This document shows positions 1-9,781 of a stretch of DNA of 56,656 nucleotides, piece after piece. Under the pieces are notes generated by a model that made no database searches, was not told the origin of the DNA, and saw nothing but the letters and a program-made list of their open reading frames with translations. Within the stretch, counting starts at the first letter, position 1. Each line of letters begins with the position of its first letter. A program made the position numbers and the translations under genes. The DNA comes from Thermoflexus sp. (GTDB lineage Bacteria > Chloroflexota > Anaerolineae > Thermoflexales > Thermoflexaceae), in contig DATMAC010000107.1 of NCBI GenBank assembly GCA_035573655.1, positions 1 to 56,656 of the forward strand, in the 5' to 3' direction.

Positions 1-496
1 AGATGTTGACGATCATAATCGTGGGCAGGGCGAACGTGGGGCTGGTCAGCCAGTCGATCGAGAGGCCCAGGAGCTGGTTGATCACCCCCGTCTTCTTGAA
101 CAGCCAGAGGAAGATCAAGCTGATCACCACGGAGGATGTCACGGAGGGCACATAGAACAGGGTGCGGAAGAAGCGGCGGAACTTGATCTCCTGATCCAGG
201 GCGAAGGCCAGGAGCAGGCTGATGATGGTCTGGACCGGGACCACGACTGCCACATATTTGAGGGTGTTGGGAACCGCCTTGGTGAGGAACAGGGTGTCCC
301 GGAGCAAGTACAGATAGTTCCCTAGCCCAACCCACCGTGGAGGGCTGAACAGATCGAAATAGGTGAATGAAAGATAAAGGGCGTAGGCGATGGAGAAGAC
401 GTTGAAGACCAGGAAAACGAACAGGTAGGGCGAAAGCATGATGTAGGCGGCGATCCACTCCTCCAGTTGACGGCGCCGGATCCCCTTCATCGCCAC
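1..496 (-). CDS. Carbohydrate ABC transporter permease (3' end runs off the window)
   Basis: Manual translation (V)AMKGIRRRQLEEWIAAYIMLSPYLFVFLVFNVF...SFTYFDLFSPPRWVGLGNY...FRTLFYVP matches the CUT1 permease pattern; GGGAGG upstream; start is GTG 496 or ATG 490. Confidence 0.85.
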   Translation of the reverse strand, partial: MAMKGIRRRQLEEWIAAYIMLSPYLFVFLVFNVFSIAYALYLSFTYFDLFSPPRWVGLGNYLYLLRDTLFLTKAVPNTLKYVAVVVPVQTIISLLLAFALDQEIKFRRFFRTLFYVPSVTSSVVISLIFLWLFKKTGVINQLLGLSIDWLTSPTFALPTIMIVNI

Positions 497-524
497 TGGC
501 CTCCCTCTGCCTCAAGGACGATCA

Positions 525-569
525 GAAAAAGTGTGGGGGATAGGCGGTCCATCGCCTATCCCCCACACT
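525..569 (-). terminator. Intrinsic terminator or stabilising hairpin after the SBP gene
   Basis: Stem AGTGTGGGGGATAGGCG (530-546) / CGCCTATCCCCCACACT (553-569), followed on the minus strand by a T run. Confidence 0.8.
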
Positions 570-576
570 GTGCGCG

Positions 577-1881
577 TTACTGCTGCTCCTTCAGGGCCTT
601 GCGGACCTCCTCGGCGGCCTGCTTGAAGCTGGCCTCCACATCCTGGCCCTCGAGGTAGATCCGCTCCAGGGCCTTGCCCATCTGCTCGTTCACCACGTCG
701 CCCCGCAGGCCCCACATGAAGGGCGTGCCGAACTCCGCGCCCTTGAAGATGACCAAGGATTCGGGGTGGGTCTTGAAGTATTCATGCTCGGTGAGCTTGG
801 CGCGGGAGGGCAGCGCGAAGCCGGTGGAGAGCACGACCGTCTGGCTCTCCTCGCTGGTCAGGCAGTCGATGGTCTTCCAAGCGGCCTCCGGGTTCTTGCT
901 GTTCTTGGAGATCACGTAGGCCACAGTGAAGATCAGGTTCCCCCGTCCCTTGGGACCCTTCGGCGGGAAGGTGGCCCCCCACTTCAGGGTCGGGAACTGC
1001 TCCCGCAAGTAGGGGATCAGCCAACCGCCCTCGAAGACCATCGCCAGCTTCCCCTGGCCGAAGCCCGTCCCTTGCCAATCCACCCCCACATCGGCCGGGA
1101 TGGCCCCGATCCTCTCCGCCCGGAAAGAGGTGTAGAACTTCGCCGCCTCGATCACCTCCGGGCTGTCCAGGGTGGTGTCCTGGAAGTCGGGCGTCATGAT
1201 GCGGCCGCCGTTCTGGAAGACGAAGATCGGGAAGCGGCCCGGATCCGGCGGAACGCCCAGGCCGTAGATGCCCTTGGCGGGATCCGAAAGCCGGCGGGCG
1301 GCGTTCTTCAGGTCCTCCCAGGTCCAGTTCTCGTTCGGCTCCGGGATCCCCGCCTGGGCGAAGAGGTCCTTGTTGTAGAACAGGGCCAGGGTGTTGAAGT
1401 CCTTGGGGATGCCGTAGACCTTGCCGTCGGGCCCGGTGAAGGCGTCGATCAGGGTCTTGATGAAATCCTCCTTCTTCACCCCGGATTTCGCCATGTAGTC
1501 ATCCAAGGGGACCAGCACGCCCTTGGAGACGAAGAAGGGGAACTGGAAGATGTCCATATAGTAGATGTCCGGCTCCTCACCGGAGGCGACCAGCGTCTTG
1601 ATCTTGGCCCAATAGTCCCCAGTGATCGGCTCATATTTAACAGTGATGTCCGGGTTCTTCAGCGAGCACCGATACAGCAGGGACTCCAGCAGGGCCGTCT
1701 CCTGCGGGTTGGCCGCCCAACCGGAGAGCCGCACGGTGACCTTCGGCTTCTCCACCTCCTTCACAACTTCCTTGGTGACCTCGATCACCTCCCGCGTCAC
1801 AACGGGAGTGGGGGTAGCCGCCGGGGCGCAAGCGGAAAGCCCCAGAGCCAGCACCGCGAGCAGGAGCAAGAACCGCTTCAT
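577..1881 (-). CDS. Sugar ABC transporter substrate-binding lipoprotein
   Basis: Lipobox LSAC, PAATPTP linker, YGIP..FN..ALFYNKDLF family-1 SBP pattern, AGGAGG RBS. Confidence 0.9.
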   Translation of the reverse strand: MKRFLLLLAVLALGLSACAPAATPTPVVTREVIEVTKEVVKEVEKPKVTVRLSGWAANPQETALLESLLYRCSLKNPDITVKYEPITGDYWAKIKTLVASGEEPDIYYMDIFQFPFFVSKGVLVPLDDYMAKSGVKKEDFIKTLIDAFTGPDGKVYGIPKDFNTLALFYNKDLFAQAGIPEPNENWTWEDLKNAARRLSDPAKGIYGLGVPPDPGRFPIFVFQNGGRIMTPDFQDTTLDSPEVIEAAKFYTSFRAERIGAIPADVGVDWQGTGFGQGKLAMVFEGGWLIPYLREQFPTLKWGATFPPKGPKGRGNLIFTVAYVISKNSKNPEAAWKTIDCLTSEESQTVVLSTGFALPSRAKLTEHEYFKTHPESLVIFKGAEFGTPFMWGLRGDVVNEQMGKALERIYLEGQDVEASFKQAAEEVRKALKEQQ

Positions 1882-1893
1882 GGCAGCCTCCTT

Positions 1894-4005
1894 TCAGGAT
1901 ATGGTGAGTTGGATCCGCCGCGCCACACCTGGCGCAACGGAAAACTCCCCTTCCATCGGGCCGATCTGTAAACGCACTGGGATGATCTCCGCCGTCGGAT
2001 TGCGCAGGATCACCTCCAGGTGGTTCCGCCGACGGTCCCATTCGCCGGAGAGCAACAGGCCGTGGGCGCGCCAGTTCTCCCAGGCGCCGCGCTCCCAGGA
2101 GGCCGGCAAACTCACCCCAATCCGGATCCGGTCCTCCCGGGTCTGGACCACCAAATGGTGTAAGGCGGTGCAGAGGGCGCCATGGGCGGTTCCGAAATAC
2201 TGCATGTTCCATCGCCCTTCATCGTCGACCGTCTCCGCGATCCCGCCGTGGGCGGAGAAAGCCGGCCGGATCTCCTGCAACGTCTGCCAGGCGCCCTCCC
2301 CATCCCCCTGCCACGCCTGAAGGGTGGCCAGGAGGGCGGCGGCCCACGGGAAGCCCCACTCGCTGTTCCCGTGGCCCACCATGCGGCCGGCGTAGCGCGC
2401 TCGATACGCCCGCACGGTCTGGATCGCCCGCGGGTCCTCCGGCGGGATCACCTCCATCGGATAGATTGGGGCCAAGCTGCTGATGTTGAGATGGTCCTCC
2501 TCCTCGGAGGCCTGGAAGTAGCGGCCGTTATAGAGACGGTCCAGGGTGTGGCGCAAACCGGCGGCAGCCCGGGCGCTTCGCTGGGCCAGGCCGTTCTCCC
2601 GGCCCAGCCGCGAGGCCGCCTGAACGTAGCGCTCCAGCAGCCGGATGGTCCCGGCGAGGGTGATCCCCTCATTGCGCACCCGCACCGGCCGCTCGTCCAC
2701 CCCGACCACCGGGCGGATCTCGAAGCCGCGGGGCGTCTCCTCCACCACTGCGTGTAGGAAAAAGCGCGCCAGACCTTCCAGAAGCGGGAAGGTCTGTTCC
2801 AGAACCCCGCGGTCGCGGGTGAAGGCATATTGCTGGAACAGCATGTTGGCGTAGGCTGCGTTGTTGTGAACTTGCTCCTTCTGATGGACCCAGATCCCAT
2901 AGGCGGGCTCGCCGCGATGGGTCAGCTCCCAATCCCATTTCAAACCCGGCGCATCGAAGTCCTCCCGGGCGTGGCGTTCCGCGGCCTCCCGGGTGCGCAG
3001 GAAGAAGCCGATCGCCGCCTCGCCCTCCGCCACATGGTTGGCCTCGAGGAGCGCCCGGTGAATGAAATAAGCGTCCCAGAACAGGTGAGAGGACCAAGTC
3101 AACCGCAGGTTGCCCACCGGGAGCCCCCCCGAAACGGGGTTCTGGGTGGCCTTGAACAGGTAACGGCTGGTCCGATAAACCCGATCGAACACTGGATCCG
3201 GGATCTCGAAGCGGGAGGCAGCGAAGTAAGCCTGCCAGAACGCCCGTGTGCGCGCGTGCAGGACCTCTGGCCCCTCCGCCATCGCCCGAGGGATCACCTC
3301 CAGGTCCAGGGGCCCTGCATAGTCATCCGCGATCGCAAAATAATGGGTGAAGACGGTCCCCTCCCCTTCCAGCCACCAAACCTTCCCGTCCCGGCCCCAT
3401 CGCTGGGCCTCCGCCAACGCCACTTCGATAAAGCCCCGGTAGGGGCCCAGCTGGTAAAAGGCCGCCGGTCGTTCGTCCAGAAAGGTGAGCGCATCGAAGG
3501 GATCGGTCTCATGGACTTCCTCACGCCAGACCCCAGGGGCCGCGCGGACCCGCAGGCGGACCGGGCGGTTGAAGCGGTAGCGGATCACCAAGAGCGGGCG
3601 GTCTGGGCACAGAAAGGTCGTCACCTCCGCGCGGGCCACCCCCCAATCCACCGTCGTAAAGACCGTTCCCTCCTCGGGAACAAACACTTGGGAGAACGCC
3701 TGAACATGCCCGACCTGGCCCTCCACCTCCACCTCATAGGCGGTGTAGCCCAACGGGGCCAGCTCCGCCCATGGCTTCCCAGGCTTCGGCAGCGCCTCCC
3801 CGAAGGGCGGATAGCGCAGCGGAACCACGCCCACCAACCGATCCTCGGGGTAGTAGCGATCGGACTTGTACCATTGACAGCGGTCGAGATAAGGATGCCA
3901 GCCGTTGGGCGGACGGTCCGGGACCATCGCCCCGGTGTAGCCGATGAGCACGGCGTCATGGCCGTTTCCCAGGAACACGTGATAGTAATCCCGCGGCAGC
4001 TGCAT
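1894..4005 (-). CDS. Divergent GH65-like (alpha/alpha)6 glycoside hydrolase/phosphorylase
   Basis: N-terminal FLGNG, HLFWDA, VVGVDE and EQVHNNA resemble GH65 motifs; located in a sugar ABC operon. Confidence 0.65.
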   Translation of the reverse strand: MQLPRDYYHVFLGNGHDAVLIGYTGAMVPDRPPNGWHPYLDRCQWYKSDRYYPEDRLVGVVPLRYPPFGEALPKPGKPWAELAPLGYTAYEVEVEGQVGHVQAFSQVFVPEEGTVFTTVDWGVARAEVTTFLCPDRPLLVIRYRFNRPVRLRVRAAPGVWREEVHETDPFDALTFLDERPAAFYQLGPYRGFIEVALAEAQRWGRDGKVWWLEGEGTVFTHYFAIADDYAGPLDLEVIPRAMAEGPEVLHARTRAFWQAYFAASRFEIPDPVFDRVYRTSRYLFKATQNPVSGGLPVGNLRLTWSSHLFWDAYFIHRALLEANHVAEGEAAIGFFLRTREAAERHAREDFDAPGLKWDWELTHRGEPAYGIWVHQKEQVHNNAAYANMLFQQYAFTRDRGVLEQTFPLLEGLARFFLHAVVEETPRGFEIRPVVGVDERPVRVRNEGITLAGTIRLLERYVQAASRLGRENGLAQRSARAAAGLRHTLDRLYNGRYFQASEEEDHLNISSLAPIYPMEVIPPEDPRAIQTVRAYRARYAGRMVGHGNSEWGFPWAAALLATLQAWQGDGEGAWQTLQEIRPAFSAHGGIAETVDDEGRWNMQYFGTAHGALCTALHHLVVQTREDRIRIGVSLPASWERGAWENWRAHGLLLSGEWDRRRNHLEVILRNPTAEIIPVRLQIGPMEGEFSVAPGVARRIQLTIS

Positions 4006-4020
4006 GGATGGCTCCGGTTT

Positions 4021-4034
4021 TTGAATCGTTTCAG
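4021..4034. promoter_or_regulatory. LacI-family operator, copy 2
   Basis: TTGAATCGTTTCAG, 13/14 identical to the site at 5128-5141, 15 nt upstream of the glycosidase ATG. Confidence 0.7.
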
Positions 4035-4091
4035 TCCTTTTGCGAGCAATAGAAGATGGCTTCTCCTCTGCCTCCGGTCTCTGCTCCCGTG

Positions 4092-5087
4092 TCAGGCGGA
4101 TTCCCGCTGAATCAGGATCGGTCGGATCAAGGTCGGTGGAGGTGTTTCACCGTTCACAGCGGCCAGCCAGGTGCGGATCAGGGCTTCGCCGATCTGATCC
4201 ATGGGCTGGCGGAGCGTGGTGAGGGGCGGATGGGCCTGGGCGGCCATGGGGATGTCGTCGAAGCCGACCACCGCCACATCCCGGCCGGGGGTTCGTCCGG
4301 CCTCATGGAGGGCACGCATCGCCCCGAGGGCCATCAGGTCGGTGGCGGCGATGAGGGCGGTGAAGGGGATCCCTTCGGCCAGCAGCGCCCGGGCCGCCTC
4401 GTATCCAGCCTCCATCGTCGGGCGGGTGGTCCGGACCAGCGTTTCGTCGAAGGGGAGACCCGCATCGGCCAAGCCGGCGCGGTAGCCTTGGAACCGATGA
4501 TGGGCGAAGGTCAGCGAGAGCGGGGGGCTCAGGTAGGCGATCCGGCGATGTCCCTTCCCCACCAGGTAAGCCACAGCCTCCCGGATGCCGGCGGTCCCAT
4601 CCACATCCACCCAGGGGAACGTGCCGTCCTCTTCGATGCGCCCGAAGGCGACGAAGGGGATCCCCGCGGCCTGCAGGTGGGGGATGCGGGGGTCCTGGCG
4701 CTGCAGATCGATTAAGAGGAAGCCATCCACCCGCCGCCCTTTGTACAGACGGTCGATCAGGCGCAGATCAGCGACCGGGTTCCGACAGGTGGCGATGAGG
4801 AGGTCCAGCTGATGGACCGCGCAGGCGTCCCCCAGGGCGTGGATCAATTCGAGGAAGAATGGGTCGCTGAGGCGGCGTTCGCCCGTGGGGAGGATCAGGC
4901 CGACGGTGTCCGTGCGGCGGCGTTTCAACTGACGGGCCCCGGCGTGGGGGTGATACCCTAACTCCGCGATGGCCCGCAGCACCCGTTCCCGGGTCTCTGG
5001 GCGCACCAGACCGGGGTTGTTCAGGACATAGGATACCGTGGCCGGGGAAACCCCCGCCCGCCGCGCGACGTCCCGGATCGTGGTCAT
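4092..5087 (-). CDS. LacI-family transcriptional regulator
   Basis: MTTIRDVARRAGVSPATVSYVLN HTH; VVGFDD and PPLTTLRQP; start moved to ATG 5087 behind GGAGGG. Confidence 0.95.
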   Translation of the reverse strand: MTTIRDVARRAGVSPATVSYVLNNPGLVRPETRERVLRAIAELGYHPHAGARQLKRRRTDTVGLILPTGERRLSDPFFLELIHALGDACAVHQLDLLIATCRNPVADLRLIDRLYKGRRVDGFLLIDLQRQDPRIPHLQAAGIPFVAFGRIEEDGTFPWVDVDGTAGIREAVAYLVGKGHRRIAYLSPPLSLTFAHHRFQGYRAGLADAGLPFDETLVRTTRPTMEAGYEAARALLAEGIPFTALIAATDLMALGAMRALHEAGRTPGRDVAVVGFDDIPMAAQAHPPLTTLRQPMDQIGEALIRTWLAAVNGETPPPTLIRPILIQRESA

Positions 5088-5120
5088 CCCGCCCTCCGGG
5101 TGCGCTCTGCTTAGCCTTGC

Positions 5121-5174
5121 CCAGGGGTTGAATCGTTTCAATCCCAGGATAATAAAAATTGGGGAAGTTGTCAA
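5121..5174 (-). promoter_or_regulatory. Sigma70-type promoter with overlapping LacI operator
   Basis: TTGACA (5174-5169), 17 nt, TATCCT (5151-5146); CG-centred palindrome TTGAATCGTTTCAA at 5128-5141. Confidence 0.75.
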
Positions 5175-5282
5175 GAGGGACCGTGACCAAGAGGTTGCCC
5201 TTCCTCCTAATGCATGAACATCCAGCAGGGAGGCAACCAAGCCCTTCATCCCGCAAACCAGTCATCTGAGATGGCTCAGAGG

Positions 5283-5768
5283 TCATAGGCGAGATGGCTC
5301 GCGGTTCCGAGCGGCCGCCCAGGCGGCCTTCAGGATGTTCCGGTAGCTCCCGCAGCGGCAGAGGTTCCCGGACAGGTATTCCTCTAAGGATTCTGGATCC
5401 TGCCCCGATGTTTGCTCCAGCCAGGCGACGATGCTCAGGATGAAGCCCGGGGTGCAATAGGCGCATTGGAAGGCGAAGTGCTCCACAAAGGCCTGCTGTA
5501 CCGGATGCAGCGCGCCGTTTCCCCCTAAACCCTCCACGGTCACAATCGGCTGGCCGTGGACCTGGGAGACCAGCAACAGACAGCTGCTGACCGGCCGCCC
5601 GTCCATGAGCACGGTGCACGCCCCACACACCCCAATCCCGCATCCCTCCCGCACGCTTGTCAGCCCCAGGTCCGCGCGCAGCACATCGAGAAGCCGGCGC
5701 GCGGGTTCCGCTTCCACCACGTGGATTTGGCCGTTAACGTGCAGCGCGAACCGTTCCCTATTCGCCAT
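5283..5768 (-). CDS. Mo-hydroxylase small [2Fe-2S] subunit (CoxS/CutS family)
   Basis: GCGIGVCGACTV, QCAYCTPG and NLCRC motifs; start MANRERF. Confidence 0.93.
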   Translation of the reverse strand: MANRERFALHVNGQIHVVEAEPARRLLDVLRADLGLTSVREGCGIGVCGACTVLMDGRPVSSCLLLVSQVHGQPIVTVEGLGGNGALHPVQQAFVEHFAFQCAYCTPGFILSIVAWLEQTSGQDPESLEEYLSGNLCRCGSYRNILKAAWAAARNREPSRL

Positions 5769-7989
5769 GGAGCGCCCTCCAGATCTTCTCCGGCGTGATG
5801 GGGAGATCGCGAATGCGGACCCCAACGGCGTCGAAGATGGCGTTGGCGATCGCGGGGGCCACAGGCGGCAGCGTCATCTCGCCGAGCCCGTGGATGCTTC
5901 CCTCTGGCGACTCCAAGAGCACGCTCTCCAAAACCTCCGGCAGATCTCGAAGCGATGGGATCTGGTAATCGGACATGTTGGCGTTCACCGGCTGGCCTTG
6001 ATCGAAAAGGATCTGTTCCATCAGGGCTTGGCCCAGCCCGAAGACCACATTGCCCTCGTTCTGGAGGGTCGCCAGCGCCGGGTTGATCACGCGCCCCGCA
6101 TAAGCCGCTGCGCAGTAGCGCAAGATCCGCACCTTCCCGGTTTCGATGTCCACCTCGACCTCGCAGGCCCCAGCGCCCTGATGCCAGTGTGGGGAGGCAA
6201 TCCCCTGACCGGTCTCAGGATCCAGGCCCCCTTGCGTCTCGAACACGCCATGGGCCTCCAGGGCTTCGAGGCCATGCCGGCGCAAGACATCCTCCCAGGC
6301 GATCCAGACCTCCGGCCGTCCCCGCACCATCACCCCTGTTCCCTGGAGGATCAACTCCTCCGGGTCTGCCTCCAGGAGAGGAGCAGCCCTTCGGCGCATT
6401 TCCTCCTTCAATCGGAGCGCCGCCTCCCGGATGGCCGTGCCCATCATACTGGTCGATCGGCTGGCGCTGGTGGTGGCGTCGTAGGGAACCCGGTCGGTGT
6501 CTGGTCCGATCACCTGAACCCGCTCCAGCGGGATCCCGGTCTCCGCCGCGGCGATTTGAGCCAGGGCGGTGTGGGCCCCCTGCCCCATCTCGACTGTCCC
6601 GGTATGGAGCTCCAGCACGCCATCCGCCCACAAGACCAGCCGACACTCGGAGCGGGAGCGTGGAAGAGTGCTCTTCATCATCACCGCCAGCCCGCGCCCC
6701 CGCCGCCGACCCCCCTCCCCTTTTTCGTACGGCTGATCCCATCCCACACACCGCACGGCGGCTTCCAAGCACTCCAAGAAAAAGGCCTCCTCGATCACCT
6801 CCCCGGTGCAGAACCGATCGCCTGGACGCAGGAGGTTCCGCCGGCGCAGCTCCAGCGGATCCATCCCCAGCTCATGGGCGATGGTGTCCATATGCGATTC
6901 ATAAGCCCATGCCCCCTCGAAGCTCATCGTCCCGCGGAAGGGCCCGGCGGGGGGCAGGTTCGTATAAACCCCATAGGCGTCCACATGAACGGCCGGGATC
7001 CGGTAAGGGCCGACCACCCGCACGAGGCCGGCGCCGCGAAGGAGCCGCGGGGTGATGTCCGCGTAGGCCCCCGCCCCCCAATACACTTCCACCTGGCGCG
7101 CGGTGAGGGTGCCATCGCGACGGACCCCCGTTCGGATGCGGATGCAAGCGGCATGCCGGGTGAGGGTAACGAATTCCTCGGAGCGCTCCAAGATCAGCCG
7201 CACCGGACGGCCGCCCACCTTCCAGGCCAAGGCGGCGGCCAGGGGCTCCAGGCGCACGTATCCTTTGCCGCCGTATCCCCCGCCCAGAGGCGGGACGATG
7301 ACGCGCACGGCTTCCCGCGGCAGCCCAAAGAGCTCCGCCAGCGTCTCCTGGACCACAAAGGGCGCCTGGGTAGCGCTCCATACGGTGAGACGGCCATCGG
7401 CCCACTGCGCGATGACCCCGTGGGGCTCCAGAGCGACGTGACACGCAGGGGGGGTGGTGTAGGTCTCCTCCACAATGAGGTCCGCCGCTGCGAACCCCGC
7501 CTCCAGATCGCCATGGCGTAAGCGGGTGTGAAGGAAGACATTGCCCGGACAATCCTCATGCACCTGCGGGGCCTCAGGTTTCGTCGCTGCGAGCGGGTCG
7601 AACACGGCAGGAAGCTCCTCATACTCCACCTCGATGGCTTGGGCCGCTTCCTCCGCTGCCTCCGCAGTCTCGGCGACGATGGCGGCCACCGGCTCCCCCA
7701 CGTAGCGAACGCGATCTCGAGCAACGACCGGTTGATCCTTTCGATCGACCCCGTAGAAGAGGCGGGGAGCCCCCGGTCGGTTGAAATCCTCCGCGGTGAG
7801 GATAGCCACCACGCCGGGGATCCGCAAAGCGGGCCGCGGATCCAGGCGCCGGATCCGAGCGTGGGGGAAGGGGCTGCGCACTACCTTCGCCGTTAGCATC
7901 CCTGGCAACCGCAGATCGGCGAGGTAGGCAACCGTCCCCCGCACCCGCGCCTCAGCATCCCGCATCGGCACCGAACGACCGATGGCCAT
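5758..7989 (-). CDS. Xanthine dehydrogenase-family molybdopterin-binding large subunit (CoxL/CutL-like, not CODH)
   Basis: GGGYGGKG, PFRGTM, EMGQG, ASRST and GLGE motifs; start MAIGRS. Confidence 0.93.
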   Translation of the reverse strand: MAIGRSVPMRDAEARVRGTVAYLADLRLPGMLTAKVVRSPFPHARIRRLDPRPALRIPGVVAILTAEDFNRPGAPRLFYGVDRKDQPVVARDRVRYVGEPVAAIVAETAEAAEEAAQAIEVEYEELPAVFDPLAATKPEAPQVHEDCPGNVFLHTRLRHGDLEAGFAAADLIVEETYTTPPACHVALEPHGVIAQWADGRLTVWSATQAPFVVQETLAELFGLPREAVRVIVPPLGGGYGGKGYVRLEPLAAALAWKVGGRPVRLILERSEEFVTLTRHAACIRIRTGVRRDGTLTARQVEVYWGAGAYADITPRLLRGAGLVRVVGPYRIPAVHVDAYGVYTNLPPAGPFRGTMSFEGAWAYESHMDTIAHELGMDPLELRRRNLLRPGDRFCTGEVIEEAFFLECLEAAVRCVGWDQPYEKGEGGRRRGRGLAVMMKSTLPRSRSECRLVLWADGVLELHTGTVEMGQGAHTALAQIAAAETGIPLERVQVIGPDTDRVPYDATTSASRSTSMMGTAIREAALRLKEEMRRRAAPLLEADPEELILQGTGVMVRGRPEVWIAWEDVLRRHGLEALEAHGVFETQGGLDPETGQGIASPHWHQGAGACEVEVDIETGKVRILRYCAAAYAGRVINPALATLQNEGNVVFGLGQALMEQILFDQGQPVNANMSDYQIPSLRDLPEVLESVLLESPEGSIHGLGEMTLPPVAPAIANAIFDAVGVRIRDLPITPEKIWRALHGE

Positions 7990-8833
7990 CCCGCACCTCC
8001 TCAAGGGCCCTTCGCACGTGAACCTCGATCATGCGCTTGCGGTAGGCGGCAGACCCCCGCAGGTCGTTTAACGTTTCGATCTGATCCGCGTAGCCCTGGG
8101 CGATGGCCTGGATCACCGCCTCAGTGAGGGGTCGCCCAACGGCCAGTCGCTCGACCTCCGGCCGGCGCTGGGGCGTCTCACAAGCGGCGCCCACGGCAAT
8201 CCGCAGCTCCCGACAGATCCCATCCTCAAAGGCCACCACGGCCGCCACGCCGACACACGGGCGATCTTCAGCGGACCGGGTGCGGAACTTGAGATAAGTC
8301 ATCCGGGATCCCGGCGGCGGGAGCGGGATCCGGACGGCGGTGATCAGCTCCCCCGGCTCCAGCGCGGTGGTGTAAGGGCCGCGGAAGAACTCCGCAATGG
8401 GGATCTCCCGCGGGCCGTTGGGCCCGTGCACTTCGAGGATCGCCTCCAGGGCCATTAAGGCGATGGGTGGATCCGAGGCGTAATCTGCCTCCGCTAAGTT
8501 GCCTCCCAGCGTGGCCTGATTGCGGATCCGGATGTTCCCAACTTCCTGGCAGGCTAAGGCTAGCGCCGGCAAGCGCTCACGGATCTGGGGAGAGCGAGCC
8601 AGCTCCTGGAGGCGGACCATGGCCCCAATCTGGATCCCTTCCTCCGCGAACTGAAGGCCGCGCAGCTCCCGCACTTCCTCCAGGCAGACTAGAACCCGGG
8701 GGGCAATCAGGCGGTGATGGAGCAGCAGCACCAGGGCTGTGCCCCCCGCCAGGGGGCGGGCTTCCTCTCCATAGGCGGCCAACGCGGCCAGGGCATCGGA
8801 CAAGGTGGCCGGGTGCAGAACCTCAGGGCGCAT
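7952..8833 (-). CDS. Mo-hydroxylase FAD-binding medium subunit (CoxM/CutM family)
   Basis: AGGTAL and IRNQATLGGNL motifs. Confidence 0.92.
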   Translation of the reverse strand: MRPEVLHPATLSDALAALAAYGEEARPLAGGTALVLLLHHRLIAPRVLVCLEEVRELRGLQFAEEGIQIGAMVRLQELARSPQIRERLPALALACQEVGNIRIRNQATLGGNLAEADYASDPPIALMALEAILEVHGPNGPREIPIAEFFRGPYTTALEPGELITAVRIPLPPPGSRMTYLKFRTRSAEDRPCVGVAAVVAFEDGICRELRIAVGAACETPQRRPEVERLAVGRPLTEAVIQAIAQGYADQIETLNDLRGSAAYRKRMIEVHVRRALEEVRDGHRSFGADAGC

Positions 8834-9290
8834 GGGGCGACTCCAAAGCCTCCTGCAGGCGTTGAGCGAACGCGTGGATCATCCGGCGGGCGGTCGCCTC
8901 CAGAATGGCGCTCCCGAATTGGGCGAGCCGCCCCCGCAGGGTGAGATCGATCTCACAGGCAAGGCGCGTTCCCCCTGCGGCCGGCTCGAGGGTGCCCAGA
9001 AAGGAGGCTTTCACCCAGGACGCCGACGCCCCATCCTGCCCTTCCATCTCCGCCTCCAAGCGCGCCGGGGGCTCCCGCCGGATGATGCGCACCACCCCCT
9101 CGAACCGCGCGCTGATCGGCCCAATCCGCACCGCCAGCCGGCCCCGGTAACGATCCGGGCCGGTTTCCTCCACCGCCTCCACCCCGGGCACATACGTGGC
9201 CAAGCGCGGCACGTCCTCCAGGAAAGCCCAGACCCGCTCCACCGACGCGCGCACGGTGAACGCCTCACGGATCACCACTGCCACCTCCAC
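8823..9290 (-). CDS. CoxG/SRPBCC-family protein
   Basis: VW.FL.D.P...YVPG and L.GRLAQFG patterns; directly upstream of the CoxM/L/S-like genes. Confidence 0.85.
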   Translation of the reverse strand: MEVAVVIREAFTVRASVERVWAFLEDVPRLATYVPGVEAVEETGPDRYRGRLAVRIGPISARFEGVVRIIRREPPARLEAEMEGQDGASASWVKASFLGTLEPAAGGTRLACEIDLTLRGRLAQFGSAILEATARRMIHAFAQRLQEALESPHAP

Positions 9291-9393
9291 GTGTTCTTAG
9301 GATATCTTCGAACGTCATTGGCTTATCCAAACATGCCCCTGAGCGCGTGAAGCTCCCTTACCTGGCCGCTCGAGGGTCATCCGATCGGCTATC

Positions 9394-9735
9394 TTAACCC
9401 TCCTTCCCTTCCCAGACAGCCCCATACAAAATCTCCAGCCCTTCCTCGCCCGCCTGAACCTGATAGCGATCGCCTGGCTCCAGCCAGACGACCGTCTCGG
9501 GGGTCAACGGCCACGCGTGGCCATTGACCCATAACGTCCCCTCGCCGCCCGCGACGTAGAGGAAGCCCTCGGCCTCCCCATGGCGCTGCTCCGGGCTCCA
9601 CGCGCCCGGTTCCAGCGCCCATCGGCATAGGCGGACGTTCCCAACACTGGCTTCGGCGAGGTCCACCAGGACTGTTTCCTCCCAGCCCTCGATCGCTCGC
9701 TTCGGCATTTTCTCCGCCTCGATCCGCATCGGCAT
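9394..9735 (-). CDS. Cupin-domain protein
   Basis: LEPG...RH..EGFLYV.GGEG cupin pattern; AGGAGG RBS. Confidence 0.75.
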   Translation of the reverse strand: MPMRIEAEKMPKRAIEGWEETVLVDLAEASVGNVRLCRWALEPGAWSPEQRHGEAEGFLYVAGGEGTLWVNGHAWPLTPETVVWLEPGDRYQVQAGEEGLEILYGAVWEGKEG

Positions 9736-9781
9736 CGGAAGGAACCTCCTAAAAGGGAGGATCAGAGGTAAGGTGAACGCT

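Noticed and set aside
5605-7521. 638-aa plus-strand ORF, and similar long ORFs at 766-1971, 2830-4110, 23485-25077 and 25259-26722
   Set aside because: Antisense shadows of well-supported genes; expected from high-GC codon bias and lacking family motifs
5283-9290. Aerobic CO dehydrogenase operon
   Set aside because: The large subunit lacks AYRCSFR/AYRGAGR and no coxDEF accessory genes are present
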